Of a stretch of 53,240 nucleotides of DNA, positions 1 to 10,380 are shown piece by piece. The position numbers and the translations under genes were made by a program. Each line of letters opens with the position of its first letter. The stretch's first letter is position 1. Source of the stretch: Candidatus Heimdallarchaeota archaeon (GTDB lineage: Archaea; Asgardarchaeota; Heimdallarchaeia; JABLTI01). The stretch lies in contig JAHLVW010000118.1 in assembly GCA_019058275.1 (NCBI GenBank), positions 1 to 53,240 on the forward strand. The letters are read 5' to 3'. The notes below the pieces were generated by a model. The model ran no database searches. It was not told the origin of the DNA and saw only the letters and a program-made list of their open reading frames with translations.

Positions 1-353
1 GCAAGTTCTTTTGTTGGAGTTTTTGTTTCTTTAATTGCAGTAGGTGCTTTTTTTTTCTCAATAGGTTTCTTTTCTTTAGTTTCTTTAGGAGTTTTTACTT
101 TAGCTGCAGGTTTCTTTTCTTTAGTTACTTTAGGAGTTTTTACTTTAGCTGCAGGTTTCTTTTCTTCTTTCTTTGGAGTTTTTTCTTTAGTTTTAGTTGT
201 AGCAGGTTTTTTCTCTTTTACAGCTTTGGTTGTTTTAGTTTCCATTGTGGCTTTTTTATCAGTGGAAGCTTCTTTTTTAGCTGGTTTTTCCTTTTTAGTA
301 TCTTTCTTAGATTCCTTCTTCTTTGCTTCCTTCTCTTTTCTAGATCTAAACAT
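1..353 (-). CDS. 5' part of a gene (runs off the window) with a >=117-aa Lys/Glu/Thr/Pro-rich N-terminus; by synteny probably ribosomal protein uS7
   Basis: Not in the ORF track. ATG at 353 follows an AGGTG SD-like motif overlapping the rps12 stop. Open frame MFRSRKEKEAKKKESKKDTKKEKPAKK... runs to the window edge. rps12-rps7 order is conserved, but no uS7 core is visible. Confidence 0.55.
   Translation of the reverse strand, partial: MFRSRKEKEAKKKESKKDTKKEKPAKKEASTDKKATMETKTTKAVKEKKPATTKTKEKTPKKEEKKPAAKVKTPKVTKEKKPAAKVKTPKETKEKKPIEKKKAPTAIKETKTPTKEL
63..166 (-). repeat. 45-nt coding tandem repeat (~2.3 copies; EKKPAAKVKTPK(V/E)TK)
   Basis: 63-107 and 108-152 differ at one base; a partial third copy spans 153-166. 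Confidence 0.9.
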
Positions 354-363
354 AATTTAACAC

Positions 364-807
<444 letters not shown>

Positions 808-996
808 TGTTTTTACACCATTAAATATTTATTAATCTAATATGTTTGCGTGAAAGGATTATTTAAAAATCTTTGCGAAGACTATGATTTAGTTTTCTGC
901 TTATTCTGTAAGGTTATAGTATTACTATCTTTACTCATTTTGTTTTTTTCGAATATCTTCGGTCGTCTCCCTTAAAATCGTCCTTTAATAAAGAGA

Positions 997-1431
997 ATGG
1001 AATTTAATTTAACTAGCGCATATGGGAAAATCTCCCTAAAATGGTGTATTAATTTGCAAAATGATGATGTAGGTCTCTCACATTCAAAGGCAAATTACGA
1101 TAAAGTCTGTACCATTTGTAATAAAATTATTAGTGAAAAAGACTTGGTTCATGTATTAGATCCAGATGATGCCAGTACAACTGTTCATTTTAGATGCTAT
1201 ATTGAGATACAAGAAAAACTTTGTTCTGAATGTGGGAAGCCATTCAAAGATCAAGAACGATTATTTTATTGTGAAAAACATTATGAGTATTTTCATACAA
1301 CAGATTTGTGCTTACAAAAACATCTTGAAAAGCATATGAATTTCCAAATAGCCTTTTATGATGCTATAAAAAATAGAATCACCAAAATAGAAAGCAGTGA
1401 GAGAGAAACTGTAAGGAAGAAAATTTACTAG
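997..1431 (+). CDS. Zn-finger protein (LIM-like half finger plus a second Cys/His finger)
   Basis: CxxC-x22-HxxC, then CxxC-x12-CxxH-x4-H-x4-C-x3-H-x3-H. Start codon uncertain. Confidence 0.6.
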   Translation: MEFNLTSAYGKISLKWCINLQNDDVGLSHSKANYDKVCTICNKIISEKDLVHVLDPDDASTTVHFRCYIEIQEKLCSECGKPFKDQERLFYCEKHYEYFHTTDLCLQKHLEKHMNFQIAFYDAIKNRITKIESSERETVRKKIY

Positions 1432-1616
1432 GTACATGTAAAAATGAAAACTGTATCGAGTTTTACCTAAATCAATAATATTAAAAAAGAGATTTTCAAC
1501 ATATATTCCAGCATTAACTATAGTTGTTCTATACCTGAGTTAAGGTTGAACACAGACATATAACAATAAATGCTTAAGACTACAAAAAAAACATTATATG
1601 GAGAGTCCGAAGAAAC

Positions 1617-2012
1617 TTGAGTAAGAAACACTGTTTTATTTATCAAAGAAATAGAGACGAATTCCAAGAAGTTGATAAATCAGATATGGCAGAGCAATAC
1701 TTTTCCTATCTAAGCAATGAACCAGACCAAATTGAAACATACACAGGTCAAAATGGATCAGATGCAGTACTACTCTTAGATGCAGATGAACACAAATGGA
1801 CCTTGGTATACGCAAAGGGATCAGGTATCGTTACTCAACGAACAGCTCGAAGACGTGCTGATTCAGCAAGCCGATCAGGAATACTAATTAAAACTGGTGA
1901 AAGAGTAGGCGTTAATGCGCCTTTGAGTGTATTATCAGAATCCAATATTGGAGATCTAAATAAAAGCGTTCAAAACAAATATCTTTCTAATACTGATTTG
2001 CGAGGGGTATAA
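1617..2012 (+). CDS. hypothetical protein (possible divergent gelsolin-like fold)
   Basis: Clean 131-aa ORF with a GGAG SD upstream; fold idea is weak. Confidence 0.5.
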   Translation: MSKKHCFIYQRNRDEFQEVDKSDMAEQYFSYLSNEPDQIETYTGQNGSDAVLLLDADEHKWTLVYAKGSGIVTQRTARRRADSASRSGILIKTGERVGVNAPLSVLSESNIGDLNKSVQNKYLSNTDLRGV

Positions 2013-2047
2013 TAAACAACTTTCCCCTCATCATTTGTTTTTTCTTA

Positions 2048-2956
2048 TTAACTTAGTTTTTCTAATGCTTGTTTAGCTTGTTGTAGAAAGCTACTTGCAC
2101 CTAGTTTTTCAGCAGAAACTTTTTTGGGAGCTGTTTCAATTGCAATCTTATAATACTTTTTAGCTTCATCCTTTTTCCCTCTTTTCTCAAAAATTACTGC
2201 AAGATAATAATTGATAGCATGATTGTTTTTTGCTAGTTTTTGTGCTTTTAGCATTGTTTCTTCTGCATTATCCAATTTACTAGATTCGAGATAGCTTTTT
2301 GCTAAATTATACAAAGCATCATAGCTCTTAGGATCTTGTTTAACTGCAAGGAGTAAATGTTGTATTGCTTTCTTATGTTGACCATTAAGAGCAAAGGAAC
2401 ATCCAAGATAAAATTGAGCCCAATAATCATCAGGATAGATCTTAATTGCTTTTTGTCCTAATTTAATACCGAACTTACCCTTATCTTCTGAACCTTTAGT
2501 TCGTATTTCATGAATAAGTTCATCAAAGATTTCATCCTGTGATTGTTTACGGCAATAACTGAATTGTTTTTCAAAAAGTGATACTACTTTTTCAACCAAT
2601 GAATTGTCTTTAGAATCATGCTCAAGAATAAGACCATCTTGTGAACTAATTGTGAATTTTATCCACAAATTTTCAATTCCAAATGATTCATTGGAAACTG
2701 TATATAATGAAGGAATGTTCGTATCCTTATCTAAAAGCTTGTAGTATGAATGGTATTTTATTCCTTGTTCTTTCGTACCATACAGCCTAAATTCATCTTT
2801 ATAGTCATATAATTTATTTTGTTTGTGAATTTCTTTTGCTTTGTTAGGTATTTCAACTTTACAGAATTTTTCTAATACCAATTTTACAAAATCATAAGAT
2901 TCTGTTGCATAAACATTTCTTGCAATCATAGTATTAATTTCTATTTTTTCTTTCAT
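2048..2956 (-). CDS. tetratricopeptide-repeat protein
   Basis: C-terminal TPR units (AQFYLGCSFALNGQHKKAIQHL, ALYNLAKSYLES, INYYLAVIFEKRGKKDEAKKYY). Confidence 0.9.
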   Translation of the reverse strand: MKEKIEINTMIARNVYATESYDFVKLVLEKFCKVEIPNKAKEIHKQNKLYDYKDEFRLYGTKEQGIKYHSYYKLLDKDTNIPSLYTVSNESFGIENLWIKFTISSQDGLILEHDSKDNSLVEKVVSLFEKQFSYCRKQSQDEIFDELIHEIRTKGSEDKGKFGIKLGQKAIKIYPDDYWAQFYLGCSFALNGQHKKAIQHLLLAVKQDPKSYDALYNLAKSYLESSKLDNAEETMLKAQKLAKNNHAINYYLAVIFEKRGKKDEAKKYYKIAIETAPKKVSAEKLGASSFLQQAKQALEKLS

Positions 2957-3078
2957 CGGAAATCCACAACTATAGTATTTACTAGATACTATTTCAATTT
3001 AATCTGTCTTCTTAATAATATTTTATCAATTTTATCTAAAAATGTAATCTAATTAATTTTAAAAGTAAAAATGAAGAT

Positions 3079-4263
3079 TTAGCTTAGAGCTAAAACTTCT
3101 TTCAATGCTGAAATAGCTGTTTCTGTATCTTGTTCCGTATTAAACAATTGAGCTGAAAATCTTAGACCACCATATCGAGCTGAAATTGTAATTTTATATT
3201 TTTCCTCAAGGGTTGCTACAATCTTCATCAAATCCTTATTTTCTCCAATTCGTACGTTTATCAAAGCACCTCTTCGCTCCTTATCATGAGGTGTTATAAT
3301 TTTTAGACCAAGATCTTCAAAACCTTCATTCAATTGTTGAGTGATTGAATGGTTATGGTTCGATACTGTTTTTATCCCAACACTATTAATCAGTTTTAAT
3401 GCAGCATTCAAACCTGCAACACAATATGTTGGTAAAGTTCCATTTTGGAATCTTTTCGCACCTTCAAGATAAACAACATTTCTTTTCATCCATTGTTGAT
3501 CTGTAAAATCATAATTACTAGTTCCTTGTAATGGTGGATCCATTGTTTCTACTATACGTTTGTTAATATAGCAAAGGCCAATTCCCAAAGGTGCCATAAG
3601 AAACTTTGGACCACCAGCAGATACAAAATCAACATCCATTTTCGAAGGATAAACTTCTATTCCCCCACATGCTTGTATAGCATCAAGAGCTACAAGTGCT
3701 CCGTGTTCATGAGCTGCTTTTATTATTTCTTCAGTTTTAACTCTTTGACCATTGTTAAACTGTACTAGAGATAAAGAAACCAATTTTGTTTTATCATCAA
3801 TGAGCTCAATTATTTCTTCTTCGCTGATTTGATGATTTTCATTGATTTTTGCAGCTCTGAATTTTACTCCCTTCCTTTTGCTAATGTACTTCCATGGTAA
3901 ATAATTAGTAGGAAATTCTAATTCACTTGTTACTAGATTATCTCCTTTCTCCCAATCCAGACCATGTAATGGGAAGTTTAAACCATGAGCAGTATTGTTA
4001 ATCAATGAAATTTCTTTAGCAGAACAATCCAATAATTTTGCAGCTCCCTCATAAACTTCCTTATTGAGATTTTCAAACATCTCAATAACATCTTCACCAC
4101 TTGATGGGATATGAAAGATGTTTATGAACTGATTCATAGCTTCTACAACTGATGTAGCATGTGGTGTATAAGCAGCACTGTTTAACCAAATTCGTTCCAT
4201 CAATTGTGGGAATTCTTTTTTTCTGATTTCTTCTTGACCTTCATACATCATATCACGACACAA
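3079..4263 (-). CDS. aminotransferase class V PLP-dependent enzyme
   Basis: WLNSAA, LEFPTN, DAIQACG and SAGGPKFLMAP (PLP lysine). No desulfurase catalytic Cys loop. Confidence 0.9.
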   Translation of the reverse strand: MCRDMMYEGQEEIRKKEFPQLMERIWLNSAAYTPHATSVVEAMNQFINIFHIPSSGEDVIEMFENLNKEVYEGAAKLLDCSAKEISLINNTAHGLNFPLHGLDWEKGDNLVTSELEFPTNYLPWKYISKRKGVKFRAAKINENHQISEEEIIELIDDKTKLVSLSLVQFNNGQRVKTEEIIKAAHEHGALVALDAIQACGGIEVYPSKMDVDFVSAGGPKFLMAPLGIGLCYINKRIVETMDPPLQGTSNYDFTDQQWMKRNVVYLEGAKRFQNGTLPTYCVAGLNAALKLINSVGIKTVSNHNHSITQQLNEGFEDLGLKIITPHDKERRGALINVRIGENKDLMKIVATLEEKYKITISARYGGLRFSAQLFNTEQDTETAISALKEVLALS

Positions 4264-4558
4264 GATGTCTTGAAAACTAAATTCTGTTCTGACAAAGCTA
4301 TTCTAATGAAAAATAAAAAGATTAGGGAAACGTAGAGAATAATTCAGAAAAACAGCTATTGAACTAAAGTTTTCTATTCTAAAGTAAGTTGGAGAATAAA
4401 AGTTTAAGATTAGCTTATTATCCTTATTAGTTATTATTAATTAAATTAAGAGAAATTTAGCTAAAAATCCTCATAAATAAGAAGATAAGGAGGAAAAAAG
4501 TACGAAAAATTATCTTGAAGATGTTAAAAAACGGATTCGCTCCATTGAACTTTTACGC

Positions 4559-5245
4559 ATGCTCAAGAAGTATAACTCATATGAAGAGCTCAGTGAGCTA
4601 ATGAGTTATTCTAAAGTTGTACTTAACAGATATATTAGAGGACATGTTTTACCAGCTTCGGATAGAGCTGATGAGATAATTGAAATCGCTAAGGAAAATC
4701 TTGATGTCGAAAGACTTGTGAAAGATCAACTGGTTTTCTTTAGAGGATATTTTGATACTACTATGCTTTTAGGAAATACTTCTCTACTAAAATTGGTTGC
4801 TCAATATGTTGCTGATAATTTTAAGGATGCAGGAATAACCAAAATTTGTGCTGTAGCTCCTGAAGGTCTACCTATGGCTGTTCATCTAGCTACTGAATTA
4901 GGAGTAGAAATTGCTATTGCTAAACGAACTCGAGATCTTGGTGTTCGAGAATTCGTGAAAGTACATTTTCCACAAGAATCAACAGGTGAGCTTTTGTCAC
5001 TTAATTTACCAAAAGGCTTGCTCACTTTAGATGATAGGGTATTAATCATTGAAGATAGTTGTAGGACAGGAACAACATTAGAAATGATGGTTGAGCTAGT
5101 TGAGAAATCAATGGCTCGAATTGGTGGGGTATTTGTTCTAGCAGGTATGGGTGATAAGTGGAAACCTGCAATAGGAAAACTCAAAAAGAGATTTGGTGAA
5201 AAGAGTATCTATATTTTTGTAGAATTGGTACTTGAATATGATTAA
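4559..5245 (+). CDS. HTH-phosphoribosyltransferase family protein (archaeal purine PRT-like); true start may be upstream
   Basis: LNRYIRGHVLP N-terminal HTH and VLIIEDSCRTGTT PRPP-binding loop. Confidence 0.85.
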   Translation: MLKKYNSYEELSELMSYSKVVLNRYIRGHVLPASDRADEIIEIAKENLDVERLVKDQLVFFRGYFDTTMLLGNTSLLKLVAQYVADNFKDAGITKICAVAPEGLPMAVHLATELGVEIAIAKRTRDLGVREFVKVHFPQESTGELLSLNLPKGLLTLDDRVLIIEDSCRTGTTLEMMVELVEKSMARIGGVFVLAGMGDKWKPAIGKLKKRFGEKSIYIFVELVLEYD

Positions 5246-6365
5246 GGTCTTTAAGGTTTTAAAATTGAAGGTAAAAGTAGGCCAGGAAACAAAAGAGTAC
5301 AAATCGATTTGGTGGGATAAAGAGGGAGTGGTAAATGCTATTGATCAACGCAAATTACCGTTTTCATTTGAAATCTTTAAAGCTAGAAATCTAGATGATA
5401 TTTGTTTTACAATCAAGAACATGGTTGTAAGAGGTGCTCCATTAATAGGTGTGACAGCTGCATATGGATTAGTTTTAACTTCACAAACATTAGAAAAGAA
5501 AAAAGATGAGGAATTTATCAATGGACTAGTAATTGCTGGAAACAAATTATCGAAAACGAGACCGACTGCTGCTGATCTTGACAATGCAATTAGCGAAATT
5601 ATGTCTATTGTTTATACCAATAATACACCCAAAGAAAATATTGATAACATAAAATGTGAATCAGATATATTAACACAAACCGTTATTGATGAATGTCTAG
5701 CAATTGGAAAAATTGGCAATCAATTGATAACTCAGGATATCAGTAATATTATGACAATTTGTAATGCTGGAGCACTGGCAACAGTAGATATTGGCACTGC
5801 ATTAGCACCAATAAGAAAAGCAAAGGAAAGTGGAAAAGAGCTAAATATCTATGTGAATGAAACGCGACCAAGAATGCAAGGTGCTCGATTAACTGCTTGG
5901 GAATTGTATAATGAAGATATTAGCCATCAAATAATAACTGATAATTCAGCAGGCTATTTTTTCAAGAAAGGGATGATTGATATGGTGTTAGTTGGTGCTG
6001 ATCGAATTGTTAGAAATGGCGATACAGCTAATAAAATTGGAACATACATATTGAGTCTTCTATGTAAAGAACATAGTATTCCCTTTTACGTTGCAGCACC
6101 TTTGAGCACATTTGATTTGAAAACTAAAACAGGAAACGATATCATTATTGAAGAAAGAGATGGTTTAGAAGTTCGTTCTGCTATGTCAGTAAATGATGAG
6201 CAAGATAAGATAGCAAAAAGAAGAATAATTCATCATCCTCATTCACCTAATTTAAATCCAGCTTTTGACATTACTCCTGCTGAAAATATCACAGGAATAA
6301 TAACTCCAAAGGGTTTATTGAAGAATCCTTTTGAAAAGGAAATTTTTCAAATGCTAAAAACTTAG
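5232..6365 (+). CDS. mtnA: S-methyl-5-thioribose-1-phosphate isomerase (eIF-2B alpha-like family)
   Basis: DQRKLP, MVVRGAPLIG, TRPTA, CNAGALAT, ETRPRMQGARLTAWEL, NKIGTY and NPAFDITP. Confidence 0.9.
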   Translation: MNMIKVFKVLKLKVKVGQETKEYKSIWWDKEGVVNAIDQRKLPFSFEIFKARNLDDICFTIKNMVVRGAPLIGVTAAYGLVLTSQTLEKKKDEEFINGLVIAGNKLSKTRPTAADLDNAISEIMSIVYTNNTPKENIDNIKCESDILTQTVIDECLAIGKIGNQLITQDISNIMTICNAGALATVDIGTALAPIRKAKESGKELNIYVNETRPRMQGARLTAWELYNEDISHQIITDNSAGYFFKKGMIDMVLVGADRIVRNGDTANKIGTYILSLLCKEHSIPFYVAAPLSTFDLKTKTGNDIIIEERDGLEVRSAMSVNDEQDKIAKRRIIHHPHSPNLNPAFDITPAENITGIITPKGLLKNPFEKEIFQMLKT

Positions 6366-6417
6366 CTTTATGTTAAATCACAAAGATTTTTTTAGACCAA
6401 ATCATAGATTTCTATAG

Positions 6418-6786
6418 TTGATTATCATGGGCAAAGTAAAACCTGGCATGAGTGCTGTTGAAATTGCTACTCTTCATTATGAGCTCATTATGGAAAATAA
6501 TTACGATGAGTGGCTAAAGACTTTTAGAAAATTCCATCAAGAAAGAGCGGATCGTTACGGATCTTCACCTCAGCTTTATTGGAAAACTGGTCGCAAATAC
6601 ATTGATAAACTTGAATATTCCTACAAATTCAAATTGGTTGAGGAAAAATATAGTACTGATGATCATAAGAAAATTTTCTTTCACAGACTTAATAAGGAAG
6701 GAAAGAAACAAGGTAGCGGTCAAGTACCCATTCACATTGTCATAGATGAAGATGGTGAATGGCGAGTTGATGTTGCTAGTTGGTAA
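6418..6786 (+). CDS. hypothetical protein
   Basis: 122-aa ORF with typical composition. Confidence 0.7.
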   Translation: MIIMGKVKPGMSAVEIATLHYELIMENNYDEWLKTFRKFHQERADRYGSSPQLYWKTGRKYIDKLEYSYKFKLVEEKYSTDDHKKIFFHRLNKEGKKQGSGQVPIHIVIDEDGEWRVDVASW

Positions 6787-6946
6787 GTATTATTAGCTGG
6801 GATTTTAACCATCTTTCTACTTTTTTTTCAAATTAACCTTAAGAGGCATAATTCTTAGTAAAAATTAAAATTAACATTAGAGATGGATTTAAAAAAGGAA
6901 GATTGTTTACAATTCATTGTAAAGAAAAACACGTAAGGCGATAACT

Positions 6947-7288
6947 ATGGGCATTAATCCTAGAGATTTGCAAAAAATGATGAAGAAAATGAAAATGGAA
7001 GAATTGAAAGGTGTTGAAGAAGTTATAATTAGATTTGCTGATTATGAACTTGTTCTTCCAAATGCAGAAGTTACCAAGATGTTCATGGGAGGAGAAGTTT
7101 ACCAGATTTCAGGGAATTCTACTAGACGAGATAGGTCTGATGTAGAAATTATTGAAATTGAAATCTCTGATGAAGATATACAATTAGTAGCAACACAAAC
7201 AGGAGTTTCTGAACAGGAAGCAGAAGATGCTCTTCTAGAAAGTGATGGTGACATTGCAAAAGCTATCATGTTTTTGAAATCAAAATAG
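6947..7288 (+). CDS. nac: nascent polypeptide-associated complex protein
   Basis: NPRDLQKMMKKM, VEEVIIR and C-terminal UBA-like EDIQLVATQTGVSEQEAEDAL...GDIAKAI. Confidence 0.95.
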   Translation: MGINPRDLQKMMKKMKMEELKGVEEVIIRFADYELVLPNAEVTKMFMGGEVYQISGNSTRRDRSDVEIIEIEISDEDIQLVATQTGVSEQEAEDALLESDGDIAKAIMFLKSK

Positions 7289-7308
7289 AATAACTACGAG
7301 TTATTTTC

Positions 7309-9321
7309 TTATGAAAATAGCTCTTCTATTTCTCTGTGTCCGAATTTTATAACTGGACATCGATTGTGACATTCTTCACATTGATTACATTTGGTGATAT
7401 CAATCTCTACTTGCTTAATCTCTTGCTGTATTGCAATCGCATTGTTAATACAGTGTGATAAGCATGTTTCACATCCTGTACATTCTTCTGATCTAAATAC
7501 TTCTAGAACTAGTTTTTTTAGAACCTTCTTTACTGATTTGCCTTTTGCTGTTAATATCCCATCTGCAGATAATGCAACTACATTATTGCTTTCAGTTATT
7601 ACAGTTAATATTCCCAAATCTTCATCATAATCAACCTCTCCAAAAATAGACCAGAACTGTTCAAGTCTTTGTAAATCTAATGCTAAATTAAAGAGGCCTT
7701 CAAGATTAATATCTCCTGATTTACAAGTTGCATATCCTTCTGCAAGTGTGAATTTTAGCTGCCAATCACCCAGCTTTTTCTCTTCTCTTTTTGTATAGTC
7801 AAGATTTACACCAGATTCAGCTGCTAAATCGATAATCTTTTTTGGTAGCTTTTTCCAGCGCCAGAGACCCCATGTAATCCATTCTTCTGGGAGGTTATTC
7901 TTCTCCTTCCACCTTTGTAAGAATCCCATCCATTTTTCCCAGAGGTCTTTGTTAAAATCTTTAACAATGTGAAATGTTGCTTGGTTACTAGCAGGACACA
8001 ACCAGCAACCAATTCGAGAAAGTCCTTGTTCATATAGTGAATTGTAATGTAATTTCTCTTTGAAAATGTAGAGCCACACATGTAGTGCTGTCCACTTTTG
8101 GATTGGCGTAAAATTAATTTGATTAGGTATCCATGGATTCGACCATAGAGTTTTACTTTTAGAACGAGCTAGGCTTTCATATGCTCTTTGACCAATTATA
8201 CTTAGAGTTTTTTCACCTATAAATTCCTCAATTAATTCATTTATTGGACCTATTTTTTGCAGCTTACAACAATAACGATAATCTTTACCAGGGGGACCAA
8301 AGTTCTCCACACTTGTCCAGAATTTCTCTTTTGGTACATCCTTTCTGCAAAAGTTATTTTTCAAGTCTAGTTCTTCTATAATTTCTTCAATATAAGAAAC
8401 AGTTTCATCAAATTCCAATCCAGTATTAGCAAATAATACTTTGTATTCGGTGTTTGGGATCTTACTAACTAAATTGAGACAAACTAGAGAATCCTTACCA
8501 CCACTAAATGAGACAGATAATGGTAAATGGGATAGTTTTTCTCGTGTCTTAATTATTGCATTTAACGCCCTCTTCTCATATTGCTCAATTGTCAACTTAT
8601 TTGCTTCTACTGCTTCTTCCCAAGATTTGGATTCTGTATTTAATTCTGTATTTATGTTTAAATCAAAGTCGCTCAAATGATGTTTTGCTTTTAGTACTAC
8701 TCCTTTTTTCATTTTCTTAAATTCTTGTGTACTAACTCTCATAATCCCAATTGATAGAACTCTTCCATCAGGTGCTAATGCTACTGCAGATTCACCTTTT
8801 CGCAAGTTTTCATCTATGTCGGTTATACCTGGTGCAAGTACATTGTAACCATTTTCGATATAATTAACAGCTCCATCATCAACTACAACGAATTTCTTTT
8901 TAGATTCTTTTGATTCAAATATTCTTTTTGCACCAATAAACTTTGGAATGAAATCCCAATCTTCTAAAAATAAATTATACCTAATCGATCCAACAATGTT
9001 TCCATCTATTATTATTTCTTCCATTAGATCATCGTAACTTACTTCATTAAGTAAAACGAGTTTATACTTTACCAAACCTAATGCTTCTGAACTCCCTTTA
9101 CCATATATTTCATCAATAATTGCGGATAATCTGACAATATCACTTTCAAAAGCAGGTCTTACATCTCCAGGTGGAGAAATTGGAACTTTATGAGCTTTAC
9201 CCCCGCATAGACCACAAGTAGTTTTATCAAGAATTGGCAGGTTACAATTGTCACACCAATTTAATTTAATCGCTCCTAGGAAAGGAGCAGTTCTTGCTCT
9301 TCTCATATTTGTTCGTTCCAA
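7309..9321 (-). CDS. PAPS-reductase-family protein with N-terminal Zn ribbon, PUA domain and C-terminal 2x[4Fe-4S] ferredoxin
   Basis: PPGDVRPAF, PUA (VDDGAV...LAPG), SFSGGKDS, YCCKLQK, RIGCWLCP and two CxxCxxCxxxC motifs. Confidence 0.9.
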   Translation of the reverse strand: MERTNMRRARTAPFLGAIKLNWCDNCNLPILDKTTCGLCGGKAHKVPISPPGDVRPAFESDIVRLSAIIDEIYGKGSSEALGLVKYKLVLLNEVSYDDLMEEIIIDGNIVGSIRYNLFLEDWDFIPKFIGAKRIFESKESKKKFVVVDDGAVNYIENGYNVLAPGITDIDENLRKGESAVALAPDGRVLSIGIMRVSTQEFKKMKKGVVLKAKHHLSDFDLNINTELNTESKSWEEAVEANKLTIEQYEKRALNAIIKTREKLSHLPLSVSFSGGKDSLVCLNLVSKIPNTEYKVLFANTGLEFDETVSYIEEIIEELDLKNNFCRKDVPKEKFWTSVENFGPPGKDYRYCCKLQKIGPINELIEEFIGEKTLSIIGQRAYESLARSKSKTLWSNPWIPNQINFTPIQKWTALHVWLYIFKEKLHYNSLYEQGLSRIGCWLCPASNQATFHIVKDFNKDLWEKWMGFLQRWKEKNNLPEEWITWGLWRWKKLPKKIIDLAAESGVNLDYTKREEKKLGDWQLKFTLAEGYATCKSGDINLEGLFNLALDLQRLEQFWSIFGEVDYDEDLGILTVITESNNVVALSADGILTAKGKSVKKVLKKLVLEVFRSEECTGCETCLSHCINNAIAIQQEIKQVEIDITKCNQCEECHNRCPVIKFGHREIEELFS

Positions 9322-9385
9322 TTATTAATTATGTAGTACTCAATGCTAAAGTTGCGAAAAAATAGGAGAGAGAATTAAAAAGGTT

Positions 9386-9751
9386 TCAGAGATCTGTTGA
9401 TTGAGGTTCTTGTCCTTTTTCAGCAGAGATATCAACACCAATTGCTCTTTTAATCAGATCTGTGAGTGGATCAATTCCTTCCGCTGCTTCTTTTCTTTCT
9501 CTAGTTTGAATTTCGACTATTATTGGGAAAGTCTTTTTACTAGCTCTTATATCATCAATTAATTTGTGATGCATTCGAGCAATATCATCATCTACAATTA
9601 AAATTCCACTATCTGTATCAGCTGTAAGCTCTAATAATATCTCAGCAGCATCCTTTGGATCTTCGACTATATGGCTTTCTTTTAGCCCACCTAGTCGTAA
9701 TCCCATTGCAGTTTCTGCATTTGTTAAACTTACAATCTTCATTTCATTCAA
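9386..9751 (-). CDS. atpF: A/V-type ATP synthase subunit F
   Basis: TAMGLRLGG, PIIVEI and LIKRAIGVDI. Confidence 0.85.
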   Translation of the reverse strand: MNEMKIVSLTNAETAMGLRLGGLKESHIVEDPKDAAEILLELTADTDSGILIVDDDIARMHHKLIDDIRASKKTFPIIVEIQTRERKEAAEGIDPLTDLIKRAIGVDISAEKGQEPQSTDL

Positions 9752-9777
9752 TCCTTTTTAGAGCTTTCATTTCAGCA

Positions 9778-10086
9778 TTATTCAACAGTAGTTATTGAAT
9801 CAATAATAACTTTGACAGCTTGTTTTTGGTTTTTCTTACTTGAATCTTCAGTTTCCTTTATTGTTTCTTCTACTTCAGCTTGAGATTTCTTCCTTTCCTT
9901 TTCTACTGTTTTCTTGGATTTTACTTCTAATGCTTTTAGCTCATCCTTAGCATCTTCTTTTGCTTTAGCTACTAACTCACTGGAATCTTTCTGTGCTTTT
10001 CTAATAGATTCTTGTACTTTCTGTTTGGAGTCTGTAATAATCTTTTCAGCTGTCTTTTCTGCATTTCTGATTTTATCAATGCTCAT
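9778..10086 (-). CDS. atpH: A/V-type ATP synthase subunit H (peripheral stalk)
   Basis: IDKIRNAEKTAEKII coiled coil, 102 aa, directly upstream of subunit F. Confidence 0.7.
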   Translation of the reverse strand: MSIDKIRNAEKTAEKIITDSKQKVQESIRKAQKDSSELVAKAKEDAKDELKALEVKSKKTVEKERKKSQAEVEETIKETEDSSKKNQKQAVKVIIDSITTVE

Positions 10087-10380
10087 TTTTTAACCTCAAA
10101 CAATTCTTTGCTTTTACTGCTTCTATGCAAACACAGTCGCTTTTTATTTTTTCTGTTTACGTGAATAAAAACCTTTCAAGAGTTCCTTTTAAATGCTACT
10201 TGTTCTTCTTTCTAAGGTATAAATATCTTACAGAAATTTAGTAGTATAAATACAAAATAAATTAAGAAGTATTATTGGATAGCAATTGGCCCTTTCCTTT
10301 TATCATATTAGAAAGACTAAAAATGTTAGTCATAAGACATATATCTGTTATCCAAAACAACAATTAGGAAAATAAAACCA

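Noticed and set aside
3079-4263. Cysteine desulfurase (SufS/IscS) call
   Set aside because: No catalytic Cys motif (RxGxHC or SSGSAC) in the C-terminal domain.
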